From: Abditibacterium sp.
Lineage (GTDB): Bacteria; Armatimonadota; Abditibacteriia; Abditibacteriales; Abditibacteriaceae
Length of the DNA: 64,000 nt
Direction: 5' to 3'
Assembly: GCA_965246885.1 (NCBI GenBank)
Contig: OZ251992.1
Location: 3,200,001 to 3,264,000 of the forward strand
Numbering within the stretch: the stretch's first letter is position 1; each line of letters opens with the position of its first letter. The notes beneath the pieces were generated by a model. The model was given only the letters and a program-made list of their open reading frames with translations, had not been told where the DNA came from and did not search any database. Positions 20,538-29,537 of this stretch are shown here, one piece after another. The position numbers were made by a program, and so were the translations under genes.

Positions 20538-21122
20538 TTAGCGGACGGCGAAGGTCCAAGCCCCGTCTCTCGACGGCGCGGAAGAGGAAATCTTCTCCGG
20601 CTTGCTCCACATTACATGGCCATCCACGAAGAGGTAGTTAGCCATTCCCAAGTGGCGCTGAGCGAAGGAGTAGCCATTCGTTTGGGCGTCGGACGGCAGG
20701 GCGGAAAGGCTACTCGAAAGCGGCGCGTCGTCGGGGCCGTCACCGCCTTCGATGGTGCAACAGGGCGCGCCCACGCTCTGCCATTTCGCGCCGTCCAAGC
20801 GGGCATTGTAAAAGTAGTCCGAGGTTTGGTCGGCGCCGCTTGATGCTGACGGGCAGTGGAATATCCCCCAACCTTTCGTGTAGCGTTGCACGTCCTCGCC
20901 CCAGCCGCGCGAGCCGGTGCGGGCGACGAAAGGGAGCTGGTCGGCGGCGTCTTGCTGATAAATGGCGAAGGCCAACCCGATTTGCTTTAGGTTGGACGCG
21001 CAGGAAGCGCGCCGGGCATTGTCTCTGGCTCCGTGATGACCACCGGGCCACACAATCGCGGCGACGATGAGAACAACGGCGAGGAGGACGAGGGCTTCTA
21101 CAAGCGTGAAGGCGCGTTTCAT
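20538..21122 (-). CDS. Prepilin-type N-terminal / DUF1559-like H-X9-DG protein (paralog 2)
   Basis: MKRAFTLVE, ARRASCASNLKQIG, RHLGMANYLFVDGHV. Confidence 0.9.
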   Translation of the reverse strand: MKRAFTLVEALVLLAVVLIVAAIVWPGGHHGARDNARRASCASNLKQIGLAFAIYQQDAADQLPFVARTGSRGWGEDVQRYTKGWGIFHCPSASSGADQTSDYFYNARLDGAKWQSVGAPCCTIEGGDGPDDAPLSSSLSALPSDAQTNGYSFAQRHLGMANYLFVDGHVMWSKPEKISSSAPSRDGAWTFAVR

Positions 21123-21128
21123 GGCGGT

Positions 21129-21710
21129 TTAGCGCAGGGCGAACGTCCATCCGCCGCTTTTGGGCGAAGCGGTGGAGATTTTCTCCGGTTTGAACCACTT
21201 AACGTGCCCGTCCACGAACCCGTAATTGGCGCCGCCCAAGTGACGCTGGGCAAAGGAGTTGGAGTTCGTGAGGGCGGCAGGCGGCAGGGCGGAAAGGTGG
21301 CTCGAAAGCGGCGCACCGTCAGGGCCATCGCCGCAGTTAATAGTGGCAGCTATGGCATCGAGGGAATCCAGCTTCGCGCCGTTTAAGCGGGCGTTATAAA
21401 AGTAGTCGGAAGTCTGCTGAGTGCCGCTTGCTCCTGACGGGCATTGGAATATCTGCCAATTCTTTAGATACGGCTGCACGTCCTCCGCCCATCCGCGCGA
21501 ATCCTTGCGGGCGACAAGGGGCAGTTTGCTGTCGGCGTCCTGTTGATATTGGAGGAAGGCTAATGCGAGTTGCTTTAAATTGGACTGACAGGAGGAGCGA
21601 CGGGCGTTTTCATGGCTCCTAAAAGTGCCGGGGGGAAAGAAAATTACGGCAAGGAAGATAAGGATGGCAATAACGACGAGGGCTTCTACGAGAGTGAAGG
21701 CGCGTTTCAT
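21129..21710 (-). CDS. Prepilin-type N-terminal / DUF1559-like H-X9-DG protein (paralog 1)
   Basis: MKRAFTLVE, ARRSSCQSNLKQL, RHLGGANYGFVDGHVKW. Confidence 0.9.
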   Translation of the reverse strand: MKRAFTLVEALVVIAILIFLAVIFFPPGTFRSHENARRSSCQSNLKQLALAFLQYQQDADSKLPLVARKDSRGWAEDVQPYLKNWQIFQCPSGASGTQQTSDYFYNARLNGAKLDSLDAIAATINCGDGPDGAPLSSHLSALPPAALTNSNSFAQRHLGGANYGFVDGHVKWFKPEKISTASPKSGGWTFALR

Positions 21711-21776
21711 AGGAACGAGTATTCCCCGCGCCGCAACGTCTTAAACACTTCGGCGTCCTAATTCACTGCTTCTCCC

Positions 21777-22757
21777 ATGCCCGAAACTTACTTTTCCCAC
21801 GCCATCCGCGACGCCATTGCCGAGGAGATGCGCTGCGACCCAAGCGTCTTTATTCTGGGCGAGGACATCGCGGGCTATGGCGGCGCGTTCAAGGTGACGC
21901 AGGGGTTGGTCGAGGAGTTCGGCGCCGAGCGCGTTCGCAATACGCCCATTTCCGAGAACACCATCGTCGGGGTTGGCGTGGGCGCGGCGGTGTGCGGGAT
22001 GCGGCCCATCGTGGACATCATGTTTCAGGACTTCATCGCCTTGGCAATGGATCAACTGGTCAATCACGCGGCCAAGTTCTACTATATGTATGGCAACCAA
22101 GCGAGCGTCCCAATGGTCGTGCGCACCCCGGCGGGCGGCGGGCGCAACTACGGGCCGACGCACTCGCAAAGCCTTGAAGCGTGGCTGATTCACGTCCCCG
22201 GCCTCAAAGTGGTGGCGCCCGCCTTCGCCGCCGATGCGAAAGGGCTGCTCAAAGCGGCCATCCGCGACGCCAATCCGGTCGTGTTCGTCGAGTCGAAGCT
22301 GCTGTATGGCGTGCGCGGCGAGGTGCCGGAAGGCGATTACACGGTTCCCATTGGCGAAGCCAAGGTCGTGCGCGCGGGAACGGACGTGACGCTCGTCGCT
22401 TATTCGCGCATGACCATCGAGTGCCTCAAAGCGGCGCAAATGTTGGCGACCGGGGGCGTCGAAGCGGAAGTCGTGGACTTGCGCACGCTGTCGCCGCTCG
22501 ACATGGACACCGTCGCGGCGAGCGTCGAAAAGACGGGGCGCGCGGTCGTGGTGTGCGAGGACTGCTTGACGGGCGGCGTGTCGGCGGAAGTCGCGGCGCG
22601 CGTGATGGAAGAATGTTTTGACTTCCTGCAAGCGCCAATTCGCCGCGTTGCCGGATTGGACACACCCCTGCCGTGCGCGGACAATTTGGAGCGCTTGGCG
22701 CTTCCCGACGCGGCCAAAGTGGTTGCGGCAGTGGAGCGGATGCGCGCGGAGTATTAA
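21777..22757 (+). CDS. 2-oxoacid/acetoin dehydrogenase E1 beta subunit
   Basis: GEDIAGYGGAF, RNTPISE, DQLVNHAAK, GPTHSQSLE, DLRTLSPLD. Confidence 0.92.
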   Translation: MPETYFSHAIRDAIAEEMRCDPSVFILGEDIAGYGGAFKVTQGLVEEFGAERVRNTPISENTIVGVGVGAAVCGMRPIVDIMFQDFIALAMDQLVNHAAKFYYMYGNQASVPMVVRTPAGGGRNYGPTHSQSLEAWLIHVPGLKVVAPAFAADAKGLLKAAIRDANPVVFVESKLLYGVRGEVPEGDYTVPIGEAKVVRAGTDVTLVAYSRMTIECLKAAQMLATGGVEAEVVDLRTLSPLDMDTVAASVEKTGRAVVVCEDCLTGGVSAEVAARVMEECFDFLQAPIRRVAGLDTPLPCADNLERLALPDAAKVVAAVERMRAEY

Positions 22758-22761
22758 CGCG

Positions 22762-22787
22762 TGCCCGGCGACTGAAGTCGCCGGGCA
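22762..22787. repeat. Single REP-like hairpin sharing the family A core
   Basis: TGCCCGGCGACT-GA-AGTCGCCGGGCA just after the E1-beta stop. Confidence 0.75.
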
Positions 22788-22856
22788 TAAAGCCCCCTGA
22801 CACGCATAAAAAATTGGCTCGACACTGGCGTTCCTTTTGCGCGCAAACGGGGCATC

Positions 22857-24458
22857 GTGAAAGTTTTTACCTCCGAGCAGATGCGCGCTTTTGACCGCGC
22901 CGCCACCGAGCGCTTCCATTTGTCGTCGCTCGTGCTGATGGAAAACGCGGCGCTACGCGTCGTCGAATTTCTGGAAGCGCGCTTTGCGCCGCTCGCGGGC
23001 AAAGCGGTAGTTATTGTGTGTGGCAAAGGCAACAACGGCGGCGACGGGTTGGCCGTTGCGCGCCACCTCATCGGCGCGGGGTGCGTGGTGGACTGCGTGC
23101 TATTGGGCGGCGAAGACGACCTGCGCGGCGATGCGGCGTTTCAATTGTTCGCTTTGCAAAGCGGCCCGTCATCGCGCGATGCGGGGCATGCCTTTTTGCA
23201 CTTCGAGTTGGCGCGGCGCCCGGAAACGCTGAGCGAAATCGGGAGCACGTTCGACATTGGACTTGACGCGATGTTTGGGACGGGCTTTGGCGGCGCGGCG
23301 CGGTCGGGCTTCGCAGAAGGGTGGGACGTGCTGGGCCGCGCGCGGCACGTGGTGGCCGTTGACATCGTTTCGGGGTTAAACGCCGATACGGGCGAAGCCG
23401 TCGAGGGCGCGTGCCCGGTCGAGGCCACCGTAACCTTTGCCGCTCCCAAGCGCGGGCATTTCTTGCGCGACGCGCTCGATTTGAACGGCGAAGTGTGGGT
23501 GGGCGACATCGGCACGACGCCGCACCAAATGGACGAAACGGCGACCGACTGCGCCGTTTTGGATGCCGCGACCGTCCAGAAGTTGCTCCCCCGCCGCCGC
23601 TTGGACGCGCACAAGGGCGATGCGGGCCGCGTGATGATCGTGGGCGGAAGCGTCGGCATGGCGGGCGCGGTCACGCTGGCGGCGAGGGGGGCGCTCGAAG
23701 TCGGTTGCGGGTTGTGTTTGGCCGCCATCCCGCGCGACATCGGCGCTTCGTTTGGCGCCGCGTGCCTTGAGGCAACGACGCTTCCCTTGCCAACGGACGG
23801 CGGCGCCCTCTTGCCGTGCGCGCTCGACTGTTTGGCGGGCGAGTGGAAAAAGATGCAAGTCGTGGCGTTGGGGCCGGGGCTGGGCCGGGCGCCGGGCGCG
23901 CAAGAGTTGGCGCGTTTGGTCGTGCGCGAGTGTCCCGTGCCGCTCTTGATAGACGCCGACGCGCTTCATGCCCTGCCCGCGATAGCCGAAGAAGTCGCGG
24001 CGCGCACGGCGGGGACAATCCTCACGCCGCACCCCGGCGAGATGGGCGTCTTGCTCGGAACCGACGCGCACGCGGTCAACGACAATCGCTTCGCGTGCGC
24101 GCTCAGTTGCGCCCACAAATACGGCGCGTTCGTGGTTCTCAAGGGTGCGCGCTCGCTTGTCGCCGCTCCCGATGGGCGCGTGTGGGTCAACCTGTCAGGC
24201 AATCCCGGTATGGCAACAGGCGGTTCGGGCGACGTGCTGAGCGGCGTCGTGGCCGGACTGTGCGCGCAACTCAAAGAGCCGCTCGCCGCCACCAAGTGCG
24301 GCGTTTACCTGCACGGCTTGGCGGGGGACTTAGCGTTCGAGTCCAAGGGCAACGGCTTGGTGGCAGGCGACATCGCCGCGCACTTGGGCGAGGCGCTCCT
24401 CGAAGTGGACAAGCGCGAGGCGCCGATGATCAACGGACGTCTGCGACGGTTGGTGTGA
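22857..24458 (+). CDS. nnr: Bifunctional NAD(P)H-hydrate epimerase/dehydratase
   Basis: LMENAA, CGKGNNGGDG, DAMFGTG, HKGDAG, IDADAL, LTPHPGE, GNPGMATGGSGDVLSG. Confidence 0.95.
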   Translation: MKVFTSEQMRAFDRAATERFHLSSLVLMENAALRVVEFLEARFAPLAGKAVVIVCGKGNNGGDGLAVARHLIGAGCVVDCVLLGGEDDLRGDAAFQLFALQSGPSSRDAGHAFLHFELARRPETLSEIGSTFDIGLDAMFGTGFGGAARSGFAEGWDVLGRARHVVAVDIVSGLNADTGEAVEGACPVEATVTFAAPKRGHFLRDALDLNGEVWVGDIGTTPHQMDETATDCAVLDAATVQKLLPRRRLDAHKGDAGRVMIVGGSVGMAGAVTLAARGALEVGCGLCLAAIPRDIGASFGAACLEATTLPLPTDGGALLPCALDCLAGEWKKMQVVALGPGLGRAPGAQELARLVVRECPVPLLIDADALHALPAIAEEVAARTAGTILTPHPGEMGVLLGTDAHAVNDNRFACALSCAHKYGAFVVLKGARSLVAAPDGRVWVNLSGNPGMATGGSGDVLSGVVAGLCAQLKEPLAATKCGVYLHGLAGDLAFESKGNGLVAGDIAAHLGEALLEVDKREAPMINGRLRRLV

Positions 24459-24852
24459 GCCACAAAATCCGCCACTGTCCTTCCGTCAGTTCAAAGGCTG
24501 GCAGGGGTTCGAGAGGGCAGAGGGCTTGCCACGTCGCCAACGCCGACGCGCACCAGACGCAGTTGGGTGTTGTGTGGCAATCATGACCCATCACGCGCTG
24601 GACGACGACGCGCCCTCCGAGAATTTTCCGCCCCTCGACCAACGCCGCCAAGCAACACCGCGCGCCCTCTGTGGCGGCTTCTACCCAATCGCCATGCCCG
24701 CGCCGCCCGACATCGGGTGAGCGCCAATCTATGTCCTCGGCCACTTCATCCGACACGTCAATCCCTTCCGGCGCGATGGTCGCTTCGACGATCACGCGCG
24801 CGAAGTAGCCCGCGCCTTGGGTTTGTCTGGCCAGCTTGTATTCGCTTTGCAC
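24430..24852 (-). CDS. Hypothetical protein resembling isolated EF-G domain IV
   Basis: EYKLARQTQGAGYFARV and RVVVQRVMGHDCHTT..CASALA echo EF-G IV motifs; GTG at 24852 has CACACT 6 nt upstream. Confidence 0.55.
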   Translation of the reverse strand: MQSEYKLARQTQGAGYFARVIVEATIAPEGIDVSDEVAEDIDWRSPDVGRRGHGDWVEAATEGARCCLAALVEGRKILGGRVVVQRVMGHDCHTTPNCVWCASALATWQALCPLEPLPAFELTEGQWRILWLTPTVADVR

Positions 24853-24913
24853 GCGGGCAGTGTGACGCGGGCCGCGTTGCCATGGCATCCAAGCACCCGG
24901 AGCGCCGCGCTGT

Positions 24914-24945
24914 TACACTTCTCGCCCGCTTCAAACCTGAAGGAG
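24914..24945 (+). promoter_or_regulatory. -10 box (TACACT) and Shine-Dalgarno (AAGGAG) of rpmB
   Basis: TACACT 24914-24919; AAGGAG 24940-24945, 7 nt before the ATG. Confidence 0.6.
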
Positions 24946-24952
24946 AAAAAGT

Positions 24953-25189
24953 ATGTCCCGACGTTGTGAAATCACCGGCAAAAAGCCGCTCACTGGCAAC
25001 TTGGTCTCGCACTCGATGCGCCACACCAAGCACCGCCAATTACCGAATCTGCAAACCAAGCGGATTTGGGTGCCCGAAGAAGGCCGCTTCATCAAAATGA
25101 AAGTCTCGGCCCGCGCCCTCAAAGCGATGACCCGCAACGGCGTCGCCGCCACTATTGCCAAAGCCAAACGCAAAGGCATCATGGCCTAA
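24953..25189 (+). CDS. rpmB: 50S ribosomal protein L28
   Basis: MSRRCEITGKKP..GNLVSHS...PNLQ..RIW. Confidence 0.97.
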   Translation: MSRRCEITGKKPLTGNLVSHSMRHTKHRQLPNLQTKRIWVPEEGRFIKMKVSARALKAMTRNGVAATIAKAKRKGIMA

Positions 25190-25195
25190 CCCAAC

Positions 25196-25230
25196 AGCCC
25201 CGCTTTCGGAAGAAGGTGGGGCTTTGTTTT
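25196..25230 (+). terminator. Intrinsic terminator after rpmB
   Basis: AGCCCCGCTTTC-GGAA-GAAGGTGGGGCT followed by TTGTTTT. Confidence 0.75.
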
Positions 25231-25234
25231 GCGG

Positions 25235-26872
25235 TTACGACACGGCCCGTAGTTCCACGCCCCGGTAATACCAGTTCAGAATCCGCCGCGCGTCCCAACC
25301 CGCTTTGGCGTGGTTTTGCGCGCCGCGCTGACACATCCCCACGCCGTGCCCCCAGCCCGCGCCCGCGAAAGTCCAGCCCGTCACCATCCCATCGACGCCC
25401 CGTTGCGGCGTCACGACGAATAGGGAAGACGGCAGCGCCGTCGTGGAACCTAAGCGCTTAGAGAACATGGCGCGGATAGGGCCATCGCTTTCGAGGGTGA
25501 CGGTTTTGATAGGGATGTTTACGGACAGCACGTCTATGCCATCTGGTCGCGGCGTCGGCTTGGGAACTGGGGTCGGCATGGCTTTCTCGCGCGCGGCGTC
25601 AACGCCTGTCACCTTCACGCGCCGCGCCCTTCCTGACGGTGCGCGGGTCTCCACCTCGATGCTCAGGACGCGCGAGAGGCCCTGCGCCGCGAACGCCCTG
25701 CTCGCTTCTTCGACCGAGACGAATTGGCTCCAGCGATATTTGCGCGCTTCGTAGCGCGTGGACGCGAGGCCGTCGGGGCGGGCGAACGAGGGGAAGGGCT
25801 GCGCGACGAACTGCGCCCATTTGCTCTCGCTCATGGCGCCCCGAAAGAGGGGTTCGAGCGGCGACCACGCCGGGAAGTCGCGCACGCTTTGCAAATACGG
25901 CACATCGCCGCGCCACACGTCGCGCGCGGCGGCTGTGACGCCGCCGGAGTTGGTCGAATACACCGCGTCTATCGGGCGCCCGCCGTAGTAGAGGGCGAGT
26001 CCGCTCGTTTGTTCGACCGCCACCGTCGTCGTGGGCTTCTCGTTCTCGACGCCGGGATAGCCTTGGCAGGCGTCGTAATCGCACACATCGAAGCCGCCGG
26101 GCGCGTAGCGGCGGGAGTTCTTGAAGTCGAGCGTCTTGGTGCGCGCACAAATGGCCTGCGCTTTGAGGGCTTCAAGGGGCGCTTTCGGTGACATCTCCCA
26201 AGGCACGACGCCCTTCAAGTAGTCCTCCAATCCGACGACGTTCACAAGTGCAAGGGCACCCTTGCGATGGTTCGCTTCGAGCGACAGTTGCGGGAACACC
26301 TCGAACGCGCCGCGATAAGGCCGCCCATAACGCGGCGATTTGCCGTTGCTCGTGGCGCGCGCAAACGCGCTTCCAAGGGGCGAGACTTGGATATGGCTCC
26401 AGCCGCGTAGCGTCTGTCGGTCGGCTTGCACCGTGATGGGGCCGCGAAACACAGTAGCCCCGACGCGCTCCGATTTGGGCGCGCCCATCACGAACAAGAC
26501 CGACGCACCGGGCGCGAGGGTTTGAACGTGCGCGGGTTGTTCTTGGTCGCGCAGGAGGGCGCCGCCGGGGAAGTAGAGTTGCAACGGCCCGCCCGCCGTC
26601 GAAAGCCCCACGCGCACCGCGTTCTGCGGAACTGGAACGGGAGTCGGGGCGATAATGGCCGTTGGCGCGGGTTTGGCGACCGGCCCACCGAGGGGAGTGC
26701 TTTCATCCGGTGGAGCGGCGGCGGGAGGTGTTCGCGTGCCCGGCGCATCGGGAAGCGCGGCAAGGGGATTGGGCGAAGCGCCGGACTGCGCGTAGGAAGT
26801 GCGAAACTGCATGCGCCCCGCAAGCAAGAGCGCACCCGCGACCGGCACCAGCAAAAGCAATCGAGGAGACAT
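25235..26872 (-). CDS. SpoIID/LytB domain protein (lytic transglycosylase-like)
   Basis: LEDYLKGVVPWE, EALKAQAICART, CQGY, GWGHGVGMCQRGA. Confidence 0.9.
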   Translation of the reverse strand: MSPRLLLLVPVAGALLLAGRMQFRTSYAQSGASPNPLAALPDAPGTRTPPAAAPPDESTPLGGPVAKPAPTAIIAPTPVPVPQNAVRVGLSTAGGPLQLYFPGGALLRDQEQPAHVQTLAPGASVLFVMGAPKSERVGATVFRGPITVQADRQTLRGWSHIQVSPLGSAFARATSNGKSPRYGRPYRGAFEVFPQLSLEANHRKGALALVNVVGLEDYLKGVVPWEMSPKAPLEALKAQAICARTKTLDFKNSRRYAPGGFDVCDYDACQGYPGVENEKPTTTVAVEQTSGLALYYGGRPIDAVYSTNSGGVTAAARDVWRGDVPYLQSVRDFPAWSPLEPLFRGAMSESKWAQFVAQPFPSFARPDGLASTRYEARKYRWSQFVSVEEASRAFAAQGLSRVLSIEVETRAPSGRARRVKVTGVDAAREKAMPTPVPKPTPRPDGIDVLSVNIPIKTVTLESDGPIRAMFSKRLGSTTALPSSLFVVTPQRGVDGMVTGWTFAGAGWGHGVGMCQRGAQNHAKAGWDARRILNWYYRGVELRAVS

Positions 26873-26910
26873 TGATTTCAGCCGCACCGCGCGGCACTGC
26901 CCTTTAGTTT

Positions 26911-28026
26911 ATGGCGAAAAAAACCAAACCCGAACCCGCCACTTCCGCGCCGCCCGGTACCAAGGGCACCGCGTCCACTCCCAAAAAGGAGCGCCCCACC
27001 CCACCCGCCCCCGTCATCCCCGACCCGGACGCCGAAAAAGCGGCCTTGCTCGAAGGCGTCGTGATGCGCTCTGGCGGCGGCTTCTACGAAGTGGACGTGC
27101 CCGATGAAGAGGAGCGGCTATTGTGTTCCTTGGGCGGTCGCCTCAAAAAGGGCAAGCGGTCGTGGGCGCAGCCGGTCGCTGTGGGAGATCGGGTACGCGT
27201 CCGTGCGCTCGAAACGTCGGGCAAAAACGCGCGCGGCGAGGAGTGGCGCGAAGGGTTCATTGAGGAGTTACTGCCGCGCACCTCGCAGTTAGGCCGCTCG
27301 CGCTTCAACAAAACCGCGCAAATCACGCTCGCCAACTTGGATCAGGTCGTCATCGTGATGGCGACGCGCGAACCCGACGTGAACTTGCACCGCCTCGACC
27401 GCTTCCTCGTCTTGGCCGAAGCCAACCGCCTGCGCGCCGTTGTGTGCCTGAACAAGACCGATTTGATGGACAAAAAGGAAGTCAAGCGCGACATCGAACC
27501 CATCGCTCAGCTTTACCGCGACCTCGGCTACCCCGTCATCCTCACCAGTGCGCTTCCCGAAGAAGACAAGGGGCGCAAGACGCTCGCCAAGGAACTCAAG
27601 GGCCGCATCTCCGCGTTCATTGGCTCGTCCGGCGTGGGCAAATCTTCCTTGGCCATGATGATTGACCCCGACTTGCAACTGTGGGTGGGCGACGTGATGG
27701 ACATCGGCAAAGGCCGCCACACCACCACCGACGTAACGCTGCATCCCCTCGAAAAAGGCGGCTACATCGCCGACACCCCCGGCGTCAAAACCGTCGCGCT
27801 ATTGGAAGGCACGGAAATCAACCTCAGCGAATGCTTCCCCGAAATGCGCGGGCGCGAGTCGAAGTGCAAGTTCGCCAACTGCACGCACCGGAGCGAGCCG
27901 GGTTGCGCCGTCAAAGCCGCCGTCGAGAAGGGCAAAATCGCCGCCTCGCGCTACGAGTCCTACACCCGCTTGTTCGAGGAAAAAGAGGCCGTCCCGACGC
28001 GGTATCCCAAGAAGGATGAGGAGTGA
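26911..28026 (+). CDS. rsgA: Small ribosomal subunit biogenesis GTPase RsgA
   Basis: VGDRV, NKTD, GSSGVGKSS, GRHTTT, DTPG, CKFANCTHRSEPGC. Confidence 0.96.
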   Translation: MAKKTKPEPATSAPPGTKGTASTPKKERPTPPAPVIPDPDAEKAALLEGVVMRSGGGFYEVDVPDEEERLLCSLGGRLKKGKRSWAQPVAVGDRVRVRALETSGKNARGEEWREGFIEELLPRTSQLGRSRFNKTAQITLANLDQVVIVMATREPDVNLHRLDRFLVLAEANRLRAVVCLNKTDLMDKKEVKRDIEPIAQLYRDLGYPVILTSALPEEDKGRKTLAKELKGRISAFIGSSGVGKSSLAMMIDPDLQLWVGDVMDIGKGRHTTTDVTLHPLEKGGYIADTPGVKTVALLEGTEINLSECFPEMRGRESKCKFANCTHRSEPGCAVKAAVEKGKIAASRYESYTRLFEEKEAVPTRYPKKDEE

Positions 28027-28050
28027 TGAGGCGTAAGGAAGAGTGGCGCA

Positions 28051-28515
28051 TCACGCCACTTTGAAGTGTTGAAGCGTCTCGCGTATCTCGATGGGCATCA
28101 ACTCGCGCGCGTTCGGCGTTTCGGGGTCGAGAAGAACGTAAGTCGCGGCGGGCAGGTGCTTCAATTTGACGAACAAAGCGAGCGTTGTCATTTGCATCTG
28201 CGTAAACGCGAACATCTGACTCTCAAGAGGAAATGGCTTCTTCTTTATCCACTGCGACACCGTTTCAGGAGAGGAAAAAACAGGCAAGATATGGCGACCC
28301 GCTTTGTCGTACTCAAACAAGCGTCGGTTCTGCTCACCCGCCGTTTCTTCGGCATCTCGGCGGAGTCGCTCACCAATCTCCTCGCTCGTGGCGTTTGCAA
28401 ACTGAAAGTCTGGTGGGTTGCTTTGGTTCAAGCTAACAACCCATAATTGCCCCTCACCTAATTCCAGCAAGAACGGACTAACCTTCGGGCCGAACAGCTT
28501 TTTGAACGGGTTCAT
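28051..28515 (-). CDS. Hypothetical protein (possibly SseB-like)
   Basis: ATG with GGGAGG upstream; ILPVFSS motif; lower GC than neighbours. Confidence 0.6.
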   Translation of the reverse strand: MNPFKKLFGPKVSPFLLELGEGQLWVVSLNQSNPPDFQFANATSEEIGERLRRDAEETAGEQNRRLFEYDKAGRHILPVFSSPETVSQWIKKKPFPLESQMFAFTQMQMTTLALFVKLKHLPAATYVLLDPETPNARELMPIEIRETLQHFKVA

Positions 28516-28532
28516 CCTCCCTAATTTAGCGC

Positions 28533-28562
28533 AAAAAAGCCACCGGCAAATGTCGGTGGCTT
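28533..28562 (-). terminator. Intrinsic terminator of the 28579-28794 gene
   Basis: AAGCCACCGGCA-AA-TGTCGGTGGCTT hairpin with a T run on the minus strand. Confidence 0.7.
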
Positions 28563-28578
28563 CGCTTCTTCCCCAACC

Positions 28579-28794
28579 TTACGGGATGTCGGGGGTGCCC
28601 GATTCGCGCGAGGGCTTGAGCAGCTTGTTATACAGGCCGAAGTTGAAGATGGTGGGTGCCCACAGGCCCACGAAGATGCCCTCCAACTTTTTCCCGGTGG
28701 CGAAGAGGTAAATCGCCAGCAGAATCGAGCCGAAGACGCCGCCGTAGTAGACGCTGCTCGGCAGGTTCTCGATGCTTTCCATGATGTCTTCCAT
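28579..28794 (-). CDS. Small two-TM membrane protein
   Basis: GAAAGGA upstream; GIFVGLWAPT...GLYNKL; GC3-rich codons. Confidence 0.75.
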   Translation of the reverse strand: MEDIMESIENLPSSVYYGGVFGSILLAIYLFATGKKLEGIFVGLWAPTIFNFGLYNKLLKPSRESGTPDIP

Positions 28795-28909
28795 GATTGT
28801 TTTGGGTGTCCTTTCGTTGCGAGGAACGATGGGCGCCCAAACTGGCAATTCGCGCGCCGTAAGGCAACTCCCGCGCAATTCGGTTAAAGTTTGCGTGGAG
28901 ACTTTTCTC

Positions 28910-29458
28910 ATGATTATCCCGCTGGCCCTTCTCGCTGTGCTGGTCGTGGCGCTCATCGCCGTTTACAACCGCTTGGTGCGCTTGCGGCAAAGCGTGCGCG
29001 CGTCGTGGAGCGGCATCGAAACCGAACTCACGCGCCGCTATGACTTGATCCCTAACCTTGTGGAAACCGTCAAAGGCTACGCCAAACACGAGCGCGAAAC
29101 TCTCGATGCCGTCATCTCCGCGCGCAACGCTGCCAAGTCCCAGCTTAGCTCACCGGAAGAGTTAGCTAAGTCGGAGGGGCAACTGGGTGGGCAGATGCGG
29201 AGTTTGTTCGCGCTCGCCGAGTCGTATCCCGACCTCAAAGCGAACTCGAACTTCTTGCAACTTCAAAGCGAACTGGCGAACACGGAATCGCGCTTGGCGA
29301 CGATGCGCCAAGGCTACAACGCGCAGGTGCAGGAACTCAACACGGCGGTGGCGTCGTTCCCGGCAACGATGCTGGCGGGGCCGATGGGGTTCAAGGCGGA
29401 GCCATATTTTACGGTCGAAGACCCGCAAGCGCGGCAGGCCGTGCGCGTGCAATTCTAA
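28910..29458 (+). CDS. lemA: LemA family protein
   Basis: YNRLV, RRYDLIPNLVETVKGYAKHE, AESYPDLKA..NF..LQ; possible GTG start at 28895. Confidence 0.95.
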   Translation: MIIPLALLAVLVVALIAVYNRLVRLRQSVRASWSGIETELTRRYDLIPNLVETVKGYAKHERETLDAVISARNAAKSQLSSPEELAKSEGQLGGQMRSLFALAESYPDLKANSNFLQLQSELANTESRLATMRQGYNAQVQELNTAVASFPATMLAGPMGFKAEPYFTVEDPQARQAVRVQF

Positions 29459-29537
29459 ACTACAGCCCGTTCTTCTTCTGGCGCCGCTCTTTTCGGGGCG
29501 GCCATTGTTTTCATTCCTCTTTCTGAGCGGCATTTTT

